64,000 nt of DNA from Pelagibacteraceae bacterium AG-426-G09 (GCA_003210075.1 QCNR01000003.1:8351-72350); one strand, 5' to 3'; positions 1-8,372 are shown, counted from the stretch's first letter. A program made the numbers and translations. Notes: generated from the sequence alone by a model not told the origin.

Positions 1-126
1 AATATTATTTTGGGATATTATTTTTTCAATGATTTCCTTGACCTATGGTCTTTTATAGGTTTGTTTATCATTATTTCCTCCGGCCTCTATGTAATTAGAA
101 GAGAATATATGTATAAAAATAAGTAA
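1..126 (+). CDS. 3' end of a DMT/EamA-family membrane transporter (partial)
   Basis: Frame 1 translates NIILGYYFFNDFLDLWSFIGLFIIISSGLYVIRREYMYKNK*, matching the usual GxxxFxE/D...GxxxIxxSGLY C-terminus of EamA proteins. Confidence 0.7.
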   Translation, partial: NIILGYYFFNDFLDLWSFIGLFIIISSGLYVIRREYMYKNK

Positions 127-590
127 ATATATTTGTACTATATATTAAAAAAATACTTTAAGTTTTATTTATAAACAATTGTAATTATTAGATTTATTTG
201 TTTATTAAAGATTAAATCATTAGAGTATTATTTAAAAAAACAAATAATTTTGAAAAAACTAATAAGTTTTAACTAATTAAGGTTGAATAAGTAAGCAAAA
301 TAGGACTTTTTAGGAAGTTAATGAATTACTTCTAATTACATAATTTAAAAATTTTGGATAAAAATCAATATTTTCAAAAAATAACTGATTTAATCCTATT
401 TTTTTCAATGAAATATTAATGCAAATATCAAAATATTACTTAGCATTGCATATATAGAATATAGTGATTAAACGGCCATAGAAGGGGCTTATTTAGCTAT
501 AATTCAATTATCAGTTCAACCGATGAGAGAAATTGAAAAAATAACCTTATTATTAGTTATATTTAGAAAAACCATTGAAAACAAACAATT

Positions 591-866
591 CTAGAAGGAT
601 TTACCTTCAATTTTAAGTAGTTTTTTTTTTGTTTTAATGCCCCCGGGACCTGAATAACCACCTAAACTTCCATCAGACCTTATTACTCTATGACAAGGTA
701 TTTTTGGGGGATAAGGGTTTTTTCCAACAGCATTTGCAACAGCTCTTACTGCTTTTGGTTTTTTTATTGCTTTTGCAATATCTAAATAAGTACGAATTTG
801 CCCTTTTGGTATTGTTTTAAGGTATTTCCAGACTTTAATTTGAAATTTAGTTCCTTTAAAGGTCAT
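591..866 (-). CDS. ogt: O6-methylguanine-DNA methyltransferase (MGMT, C-terminal domain only)
   Basis: TxFQxKVW, IPxG..TY, AVRAVANA and the active-site PCHRV motif; start moved to ATG 866 because the upstream extension runs into the ncRNA terminator. Confidence 0.9.
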   Translation of the reverse strand: MTFKGTKFQIKVWKYLKTIPKGQIRTYLDIAKAIKKPKAVRAVANAVGKNPYPPKIPCHRVIRSDGSLGGYSGPGGIKTKKKLLKIEGKSF

Positions 867-872
867 AATGGT

Positions 873-918
873 AAAAAAAACCCCTGTTTCCTTGCACTTT
901 TTAAGGTGCAAAGAACAG
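873..918 (-). terminator. Intrinsic terminator closing the ncRNA
   Basis: CUGUU-CUUUGCAC-loop-GUGCAAGG-A-AACAG, then GGG and U8. Confidence 0.7.
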
Positions 919-1061
919 TTGTTTTTGGCACGTCGTTTTATGCGCTACCGCCATGCCTACCACTCTACGATTTTAGCGCTACTCCGTAGAGTTTTCTGCC
1001 CCCTGAGCTTGAACCTCTCGGTTTTTCCTCAATTGGCCAGTTAAGAGTTGCCTCTTAAGTT
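873..1061 (-). ncRNA. Unidentified structured non-coding RNA (~190 nt)
   Basis: GC-richer than its surroundings. Five consecutive stems: UUAAGAG-GCAA-CUCUUAA; a long stem capped by ACC-GAGA-GGU; two stems with 13-nt GUAGCGC loops; a terminator with U8. GNRA loops and G-U pairs work only on the minus strand. Confidence 0.75.
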
Positions 1062-1067
1062 ATAGAA

Positions 1068-1076
1068 ACTATATCA
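1068..1076 (-). promoter_or_regulatory. Extended -10 promoter element for the ncRNA
   Basis: TG-A-TATAGT on the minus strand about 9 nt before the first hairpin; the -35 match is weak. Confidence 0.5.
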
Positions 1077-1362
1077 AAACTTTAAATTAAATGTTATCAC
1101 TTAATTGTTGAATTTATTGAGTTTTTAACATGGTCGAATAGTGGGGATAACTCAAAAATTTGGATTTTAGGTCATAAATATTAGGCCAAAATAGCTTAAT
1201 GAGAATAAAATTGCTAAGATTGACAAAAAATAAGTTTCTATTGTTTTTCCATACTTTTTATTTTGAACATAAGTCAAAATCCAAAATCCAATAGCACTTA
1301 ATATAAATATTACGTTAGGAATTTCTCCATCAATTGTTCCCATATTTTTTTAATTTAAACTA

Positions 1363-1389
1363 TTGACATCTAAAATCACATGATATATT
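1363..1389 (+). promoter_or_regulatory. Putative sigma70 promoter of the recombinase
   Basis: Perfect TTGACA at 1363-1368 and TG-A-TATATT at 1381-1389; the spacer is short (15 nt). Confidence 0.45.
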
Positions 1390-1422
1390 ACTAGTGATAA
1401 TTAATTGTTATCAATAGTAATA
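1386..1422. repeat. lox/dif-like inverted repeat, putative recombination core site
   Basis: TATTACTAGTGATAA-ttaattg-TTATCAATAGTAATA: 15-bp arms matching 14/15, asymmetric 7-bp spacer, ending 2 nt before the recombinase ATG. Confidence 0.7.
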
Positions 1423-1424
1423 AT

Positions 1425-2378
1425 ATGAATGAATTAACAACAGATTTAAAATTGTTGCATGAGGCGACTCTTAATAACCTCAAAAGCTCTAAAGCTGATA
1501 ATACATTGAGAGCTTATAAATCTGACTTTAAGCACTTTGGTGCTTTTTGTGCAAAACACGGTTTAATTTCGTTGCCAACAGAGCCAAAAATAGTTTCTTT
1601 ATACCTAACTCACCTTTCTAAAAAATCTAAAATTAGTACATTAAGGCGTAGATTAGTATCAATAAGCATGGTTCATAAACTTAAGGGGCATTATCTAGAT
1701 ACAAAACATCCTTTTATCGTTGAAAATTTAATGGGAATAAGACGTGTCAAAGGGAGCATTCAGAAAGGAAAAAAACCTTTATTAATCAATCATTTAAAAT
1801 CAATTATTAATGTAATACATGAACAAAAAATTGAAGAAATTAAAAAATTAAGAGACAAATCAATTATCTTAATTGGCTTTGGAGGTGGTTTTAGAAGAAC
1901 AGAGCTGATATCGATAGATTATGAAGACCTAGAATTTGTTCCAGAAGGACTAAAAATCAATATTAGAAAATCAAAAACTGATCAATTTGGTGAAGGAATG
2001 ATTAAAGGTCTACCCTACTTCAATAATGAAATTTACTGTCCTGTAGTAAATCTTAGAAAATGGTTGGAAGTTTCAAAAATTAATACTGGACCTATATTTA
2101 GAAGATTTTCTAAGGGTTTATCATTAACAGATAAAAGATTAACAGACCAATCAGTTGTTTTATTAATGAAAGAATATTTAAACTTAGCAGGTATCGAAAG
2201 TAAGAATTTTGCAGGTCATAGTTTAAGATCAGGATTTGCAACGGTAGCTGCAGCATCAGGTGCTGACGAACGTAGTATTATGGCAATGACAGGTCACAAA
2301 ACAACACAAATGGTAAGAAGATATATAAGAGAAGCTAATATATTTAAAAATAATGCACTTAATAAAGTGAAAATATGA
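1425..2378 (+). CDS. Cre-like tyrosine recombinase
   Basis: N-terminal core-binding domain (NTLRAYKSDF) and full catalytic set: R (GFRRTEL), K (KSKTDQ), HxxR (GHSLRSG), H (MTGHK), Y (VRRYIR). The SKTDQxGxG and SLRSGFAT motifs are typical of the Cre-like subfamily, not XerC/D. Confidence 0.9.
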   Translation: MNELTTDLKLLHEATLNNLKSSKADNTLRAYKSDFKHFGAFCAKHGLISLPTEPKIVSLYLTHLSKKSKISTLRRRLVSISMVHKLKGHYLDTKHPFIVENLMGIRRVKGSIQKGKKPLLINHLKSIINVIHEQKIEEIKKLRDKSIILIGFGGGFRRTELISIDYEDLEFVPEGLKINIRKSKTDQFGEGMIKGLPYFNNEIYCPVVNLRKWLEVSKINTGPIFRRFSKGLSLTDKRLTDQSVVLLMKEYLNLAGIESKNFAGHSLRSGFATVAAASGADERSIMAMTGHKTTQMVRRYIREANIFKNNALNKVKI

Positions 2379-2390
2379 TTCAAAATAGAA

Positions 2391-3227
2391 TTAAATTGTA
2401 AAGATGGATTGGATTTTACATGATAAATGGCCAAGAATATATCCAATAGTTACATTAGGTTCTGACAATGGGCCATCATATTTAGTTTTTGATCTTAAAT
2501 AATATTTTTTAAAAAATTTAGTTGTTATACCCCATTTTTTTAAAAAAGTTTTGTCCCCTCTATTCTGAATAAAGTTTTTTTTTTTTCTAGTTGTTAAAGA
2601 ACCAAAGTGATAAACTTTAAAGTCATTTAAGCCTTTAAAAATTCTTACTCCTTCTCTCCAAAGTTTCATATTAAAATCTGGATCAGACGCTATACCTGGA
2701 TTAAATTCTTCACTAAAACCACCTACTTTATCCCACATTTCTTTTGAAACTAAATGTGGAGCAAAGTGAGTTCCTTGATGATCATAAAAGTTTATATCTC
2801 TATACTTTAATAATAATTCTTTTTCTTTAAAACTTTTAAAATCAGTCCCAAAATCATGAATTATATGCCCAGAATAAGGCTCTATCATTGTCCCAGATAA
2901 ATAAAATTTATCATCATTATATGTATTAACCTCATTTATCAAAACTTTATCCCAATTAGGACAAAAATACATATCATCATGACTATACAATATATATTTT
3001 TTTGAAACTAATTTAGCAGCTTTGTTAATTGAAGAACAAAGACCTATATTATTATTTGAAATTGTATATTTGTAATTTTTAGATTTGATAAAATCTAAAG
3101 TACCATCAGAACCATCATTAATATGTAATATAATTTCGTGATTGTAAGCAGAATTTAGATCCAAACTTTTTAAACAAAGTTTTAAATAATCTAAATTATT
3201 AAATGTAGGTATTACTATAGAAATCAT
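2391..3227 (-). CDS. Glycosyltransferase family 2
   Basis: ISIVIPTFN, NDGSDGT, HDD (DxD-like), VGGFSEEF. Confidence 0.9.
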   Translation of the reverse strand: MISIVIPTFNNLDYLKLCLKSLDLNSAYNHEIILHINDGSDGTLDFIKSKNYKYTISNNNIGLCSSINKAAKLVSKKYILYSHDDMYFCPNWDKVLINEVNTYNDDKFYLSGTMIEPYSGHIIHDFGTDFKSFKEKELLLKYRDINFYDHQGTHFAPHLVSKEMWDKVGGFSEEFNPGIASDPDFNMKLWREGVRIFKGLNDFKVYHFGSLTTRKKKNFIQNRGDKTFLKKWGITTKFFKKYYLRSKTKYDGPLSEPNVTIGYILGHLSCKIQSIFTI

Positions 3228-3228
3228 T

Positions 3229-5358
3229 TTATGGTTTATGCCATAAATATTTATTTTTTTTATTTATATTAAATGTTTTATTGATAATAAAATCAGCTAC
3301 CAAGGTTGAGTTAAAATACCTCATATACTTAGCTTTCCCCTTTTTTCCTATAGACTTACGCAATTTTTCATCTGCAGATATTCTCTCAATTTTTTCCGAC
3401 AAATCGGAAATATTCTTATAAAAAACCATTTCTGATTTATCAAAGAAATCATTATAACCGGTTTTTTCGTTAATTAATGTAACAAGTCCATTTCCAATTA
3501 TTTGAGTAATTCTATCACTACTATAATATTTAATAGGCGTACCTCTACTGAGATTTAACCCCATTTTAGAATTTGAAATATTTTTAAAATACTGATCTGC
3601 CCATATAGGTTGAATATTATTTATTCCGAATATATCAAATTTTATGTTTGTACATTTTTCAATCAGGTTTTTAATAAATTTTTCTCTATCATCGGATGAA
3701 CTATTTTTTAATTTACCTCTATGAACACCATGACTTAGAGCGAAGAAAACGTCATTAGAACAGTCTTTTTTAAAATTATCTAATGTTTCCATTGATTTAT
3801 CGCTGGGATTAGGAATAAAGTAACTTTTATATTTATTCGGAAAAAAATTAATAACATCGGGTGACGTGGTTAAAAAACTAGAGTCTAAAACTTCCGATTT
3901 ATCTAAAATTCTTTTTTTATTCTTATAGTAGTCTGGACCATTTTTATTAAGCGGATCTAAAAACCATTGAGTTATTTTTAAATTTGAATAATCTTTTTTT
4001 AAACTTTGTAATACATCTTGAGATATCATATCGGCATGACCTAAAACAATTACATCTGGTTTAAAATGATAACAAGTTTTTATTAACTTATCGTTTAGAG
4101 TATTCGATCCATATAAATCTCTTATGGACTTACCTCTGCTAACAATATCTCTGTCACTAAACTCCAGAACACTATGTCCTAATCTAATAAATCCATTATT
4201 TAATCTTCTGCCAGTGTTAAAAAAAAGTCTTCCATTATGTCTTTCGTTAAAATTGGTTATATGTAAAATTCGTAAGTTGGATGGTTGTTTATATACTGAT
4301 GGTGAGCTAATTTTTAAAAGATTATTTCTTACTTCATCTATTTGTTTAGATACATATTGATGAGATAAATAAAAGTTTTTATAAGATAAATTTTGATATA
4401 TTTTTCTTTTAGTTGAATTATTTATTAAATGTTTAATTTTACTAAATATTTCATTAACAGTTAGTTTTTTTAAAATAACACCATTTGTTATAGTTTCTGG
4501 AAGTCCACCTTTGTTGCTAATTATTACCGCACATCCATTAGCTGCAGCCTCTAAACTTGTTCTACCAAAAGGCTCTTCCCATCTTGAGCAGACGACTGCT
4601 ATACTCGTTTTTTTATAAAGATTAATAACATCTTTATGTTCTTTAAAACCAAGTTTGTATAATCTTTTATGATTAAATTCTAATTTATCTCTAGGCTCAT
4701 CTCCAACTACATAAGCAGACCAATCTTTGTAATTTTTAAGAATTTTTATTACGGCTTTTCCAAAAAGATCATAACCTTTTGACCTATTTAACTTTCCAAC
4801 AAAAGTAATTATTTTTTTTTTATTATTAAAATTGATTTTATTTTTTGTAGCAGATTGATTAATAACAAGTAACTTTTCACTATTTATTGCCTCTGATTTC
4901 ATTTTTTGAAGAAATCTTTTTTTTGACCAATTACTATTAAAAATTATTCTATAACAATTATTTAATAAATACATTCTTTCACTAATTGTTTTTGATCCTG
5001 ACATTGATAGTGGATCGTTATGAAAATACAAAATATAATTTTTATCGTTTAGTTCATTAACAAGATATTTTAAATAGATTGGCCTATTGTGTAGTTCAAT
5101 AATATTTGACTTTTCTCTTTTTTCTATTTCTATAAACTTATTTACGTAATCTCTATTTTGACTTTGTAGGAATCTTTTTTTGGTTTCAATATTTATATAT
5201 TTATTTTTAAATCTTTTTTTATATGCAGTATAACCAAATACAGTAATGCTTCTTTTAAATTTACTATATTTTACAATATCATTAATGTTTAAAGATACAG
5301 CTCCAGCATATGATGGAGAAAAATTTTCTTTAAATGGTAATAAAATAGAAATTTTCAT
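3229..5358 (-). CDS. Two-module glycosyltransferase (GT4 domain fused to a CgeB-like GT-B domain)
   Basis: N-terminal half has FVGK...KG and EPFGRTSLEA; C-terminal half has SKMGLNLS...YSSDRI, typical of CgeB/Glyco_trans_1_2. Confidence 0.8.
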   Translation of the reverse strand: MKISILLPFKENFSPSYAGAVSLNINDIVKYSKFKRSITVFGYTAYKKRFKNKYINIETKKRFLQSQNRDYVNKFIEIEKREKSNIIELHNRPIYLKYLVNELNDKNYILYFHNDPLSMSGSKTISERMYLLNNCYRIIFNSNWSKKRFLQKMKSEAINSEKLLVINQSATKNKINFNNKKKIITFVGKLNRSKGYDLFGKAVIKILKNYKDWSAYVVGDEPRDKLEFNHKRLYKLGFKEHKDVINLYKKTSIAVVCSRWEEPFGRTSLEAAANGCAVIISNKGGLPETITNGVILKKLTVNEIFSKIKHLINNSTKRKIYQNLSYKNFYLSHQYVSKQIDEVRNNLLKISSPSVYKQPSNLRILHITNFNERHNGRLFFNTGRRLNNGFIRLGHSVLEFSDRDIVSRGKSIRDLYGSNTLNDKLIKTCYHFKPDVIVLGHADMISQDVLQSLKKDYSNLKITQWFLDPLNKNGPDYYKNKKRILDKSEVLDSSFLTTSPDVINFFPNKYKSYFIPNPSDKSMETLDNFKKDCSNDVFFALSHGVHRGKLKNSSSDDREKFIKNLIEKCTNIKFDIFGINNIQPIWADQYFKNISNSKMGLNLSRGTPIKYYSSDRITQIIGNGLVTLINEKTGYNDFFDKSEMVFYKNISDLSEKIERISADEKLRKSIGKKGKAKYMRYFNSTLVADFIINKTFNINKKNKYLWHKP

Positions 5359-5607
5359 TTATTTTTCTTTAATTTGTCTTCTTAATTTGTAATTTTTTTT
5401 AATCTCAAATTCTCTTTTCATAGCAATTGATTTTGAATCGTATTTTTCATAATAAACTAACTTCCATTTTTTTCCTCTTGTAAACTTTGCTCCTCTTCCA
5501 GTATTATGTAAAGAAAGTCTCTTTTTTAAGTTATTTGTGTAGCCTACATATGAGATTTTTTTGTTTTTTTTAAGATTTGAAACAATTAAATAAACAAAAT
5601 ATGTCAT
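5359..5607 (-). CDS. GIY-YIG nuclease family protein (YhbQ/UPF0213-like)
   Basis: YFVYL...YVGYTNNL..RL..HN.G.GAKFTR...AMKRE..IK. Confidence 0.9.
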   Translation of the reverse strand: MTYFVYLIVSNLKKNKKISYVGYTNNLKKRLSLHNTGRGAKFTRGKKWKLVYYEKYDSKSIAMKREFEIKKNYKLRRQIKEK

Positions 5608-5609
5608 TT

Positions 5610-5684
5610 TGGCGGTCCCTAGGGGAATCGAACCCCTCTTTCATGGATGAAAACCATGTGTCCTAACCGATAGACGAAGGGACC
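5610..5684 (-). tRNA. tRNA-Glu(TTC)
   Basis: GGTCCCT/AGGGACC acceptor stem, anticodon arm CATGG-TT-TTC-AT-CCATG, GGTTCGA T-loop, encoded CCA. Confidence 0.97.
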
Positions 5685-5729
5685 AGAAAACGTTCTTCTA
5701 TTGTAAAATAATAATTTAATCAAGATTAA

Positions 5730-7424
5730 TCAGATGATTGCGTCTTTTATAATTAAATTAAAATCACTGTTTTTCTCAATGATTTTATTATTTATTTGGA
5801 CGATAAAATCAATGTCATTTTTAAAATTCATTAAAATATCTCCCAATTTAGTACCCACAACATTAAAAGAAAAACATAAACAAGATCTATTAAAATTATT
5901 TTTAATTACTAATTGTAAGTGAAGATTTTTAATAATCTTTACCTTAACAATCTTATTTTTTTTAATTAAAAAAAATGGATTTTTATTTCCATTGCCAAAG
6001 GGTTCTAGAAATTGCAATTCTTTTTGTGCGAATGATAAAAGAGAGTTATAATTTTGTTCACTTGAAAAAAATTTCATATTTTCTATATTTTTAAATTTAT
6101 TTATATATATAGAATTTAGAAAAGTTTTGAATTCGTTTAGCCTATTTTTTTTAAGAATACATCCTCCAGCCATTGAATGACCCCCGCCCTTTAAAATAAT
6201 TTTTTTATATATTGCTAAATAAAATATATTTCCAATATCAAAACCATTAATTGATCTTGCGGAACATTTAATTAAATTAATAGAGTCTGTTAATATAAAA
6301 CACGGCTTATTATAAAATTCAACAAAGTTTGAGGCAATAATACCCATAAGACCTTCATTGATGTTTTTTTTATATTTAAAAATAATTTCATTTTTATTAT
6401 GATCATTTATATTTTTTAATAAATTAAAAGTTTTGTTTTGAGCAACATTTCTTTTTTCATTAAAATTAATAAGTTTTTTTGATATTTTTTCAATAAGGGT
6501 TTTCTTTTTTTCTATTAGAAGTTTAAATGGTAGGGTTGAATCCCCAACTCTACTAGCTGAGTTTAAAATTGGACCTAAAGAAAAACCAATATCTGATGAT
6601 GAAATTTTTTTTTTGCTAATCAGTAATCTCTTTAAATTAGTAAAATTATTTAAATTAAAATTTTGTAAACCATTTTTAACGATTTTTCTATTGGTTCCTC
6701 TCAATGGCATTTGATCACAAATTGTGGCAATTGCTGAAAAAAATAAATATTTATCTAAATTAATCTTTTTTTTTACTTTCATATCATTAAAAAGATATTT
6801 AATAAAAAAATAAACTAATGAAGTGGCGCAAAAATAGGAATCTTGATCTATAACTAATTTTTTTAAAGGATTGATAATAACTGTATTTTTAAATTTATTT
6901 TTTTTATGTATTTGATGATGATCAATTATTATTGTTTTTAAACCAAAACTTTCTAACAGCATTATTTCATCATATGAATTGGATCCACAATCAACAAAAA
7001 AAACTAAACCATAATTTTTTTTATTTATTAGCTTGTTTAATAGTGAAGTATTAGGTCCATAGCCATCTAAAAAACGGTCTGGTATATAGAAATCACAATC
7101 AATATTAATATTTGAAAAATAATCATACAATAAATATGTAGATGAATAACCATCTACATCATAATCACCAAATATAAGTATTTTCTTTTTCTTTTTTATA
7201 CAATCAATTACAAATGTGCTCGCACGTTTAAAGTCTTAATTTTGATAAATTATGTCCGTTTTGCTAAAATTGAAAATTGAATTTTGAATTTCCTCTTCAT
7301 TATATTTATTATCCAGGAAAATTTTAGATAATAAATATGAAATATTATAATCTTGTTTATTTTTAAGTATTAAACGTTCTGGGACAATATTTTTTTTCCA
7401 ATTTACACCATTAATGGATTTCAT
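5730..7424 (-). pseudogene. recJ: Single-stranded DNA exonuclease RecJ interrupted by one in-frame TAA (7236-7238)
   Basis: ORFs 7236-7424 and 5730-7130 are in the same frame. The intervening codons read DFKRASTFVIDCIKKKRKILIFGDYDVDGYSST (RecJ motif I). DHH and GGGH motifs lie downstream. May be a sequencing error. Confidence 0.85.
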
Positions 7425-8369
7425 TTAAAAAGTATATTTTTTACTTATTTTATTGACTAATTTTTGATTTTTGTGTGTTATTAGTGTTTCTGTATGGAAT
7501 GTATTACCATCTTTTTTTATTCCTGAAATCAGATCTCCAGTTGTAATGCCTGTAGCACAAAATATTGAATCTCCTCTTATAATCTCTTTAACATCATATT
7601 TTTTATTAAAATCTGAAATTCCCATTTCCTTAGCCCGTACTTTATCTTTCTCATTTTCAAAAATAAATCTTCCTTGAAAGTTACAGCTCATCGTGTCTAA
7701 AGCGGATGCAGCTATAACTCCTTCTGGCCCCCCACCAATACCTAGAAAAATATCAACATTGTATTTAATGTCTGAAACTAATAGAGCACCAGCAACATCG
7801 CCGTCTGTTATTAATTTTATTTTGACTCCTAATTTTTTAAGTATTTTAATTATTTTTTCGTGTCTTTTTCTGTTTAATAGACATACTGAAATATCCTCAA
7901 TTTTTTTGTTTTTAAAATCAGATAGATTCTTAATGTTTTTTTCAATTGTAAAGTCTAAATCAATTATGTCTTTAGGTATGTCCCGTCCATAGGCGATTTT
8001 GTTCATATATGTTTCTGGGGCCTTAAATAAATTTCCTTTTTCAGCAATAGCGATAACTGAAATAGCTCCTGGTAAATTTTTTGCTACAAAATTCGTTCCT
8101 TCTACTGGGTCTACAGCTATATCAATTTTTTGTCCTTTTTTATTACCTAATTTTTCACCAATGTATAGCATTGGAGCTTCATCTAACTCTCCTTCACCAA
8201 TTACAACTTCTCCATTAATATTTAATTGATTAAGGTTAGTTCTCATTATATCTGTTGCTGCTTGATCTGCTTTAATCTTATTATTTTTTCCTAAATGAGG
8301 ATAGCAAGAGATCGCTGCCTTAGACGTTATATCAATTAGGTTTTCAATAAGATTTTTATCTAATGACAT
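7425..8369 (-). CDS. glpX: Fructose-1,6-bisphosphatase class II
   Basis: VVIGEGELDEAPMLYIGE, DIAVDPVEGT, GGGPEGV. Confidence 0.95.
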   Translation of the reverse strand: MSLDKNLIENLIDITSKAAISCYPHLGKNNKIKADQAATDIMRTNLNQLNINGEVVIGEGELDEAPMLYIGEKLGNKKGQKIDIAVDPVEGTNFVAKNLPGAISVIAIAEKGNLFKAPETYMNKIAYGRDIPKDIIDLDFTIEKNIKNLSDFKNKKIEDISVCLLNRKRHEKIIKILKKLGVKIKLITDGDVAGALLVSDIKYNVDIFLGIGGGPEGVIAASALDTMSCNFQGRFIFENEKDKVRAKEMGISDFNKKYDVKEIIRGDSIFCATGITTGDLISGIKKDGNTFHTETLITHKNQKLVNKISKKYTF

Positions 8370-8372
8370 TAA

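Noticed and set aside
523-594. 23-codon ORF MREIEKITLLLVIFRKTIENKQF
   Set aside because: No Shine-Dalgarno or recognisable motif; expected by chance.
940-949. ncRNA loop GGTAGCGCAT is identical to 10 nt of the tRNA-Pro D-arm
   Set aside because: Short match and no cloverleaf or T-loop around it; probably coincidence.
798-989. 63-aa plus-strand ORF and the 867-911 extension of ogt
   Set aside because: Both overlap the structured RNA or ogt and show no protein-like motifs.
873-1061. Retron msr-msd, IS110 bridge RNA or CRISPR-type interpretation of the ncRNA
   Set aside because: No reverse transcriptase, DEDD recombinase, cas gene or repeat-spacer array in the window.
1142-1150. DnaA-box-like TTATCCCCA (minus strand) suggesting oriC
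   Set aside because: A single one-mismatch box with no cluster and no origin-linked genes; gene orientation points toward this region, not away from it.
5359-5607. GIY-YIG protein as a homing endonuclease
   Set aside because: 82-aa stand-alone YhbQ-type protein with no intron or DNA-binding extension.
1425-5684. Integrative island anchored at tRNA-Glu with the recombinase as integrase
   Set aside because: No repeat of the tRNA-Glu 3' end seen to the left within the window, the recombinase is over 3 kb from the tRNA, and there are no mobility genes. A boundary beyond position 1 cannot be excluded.
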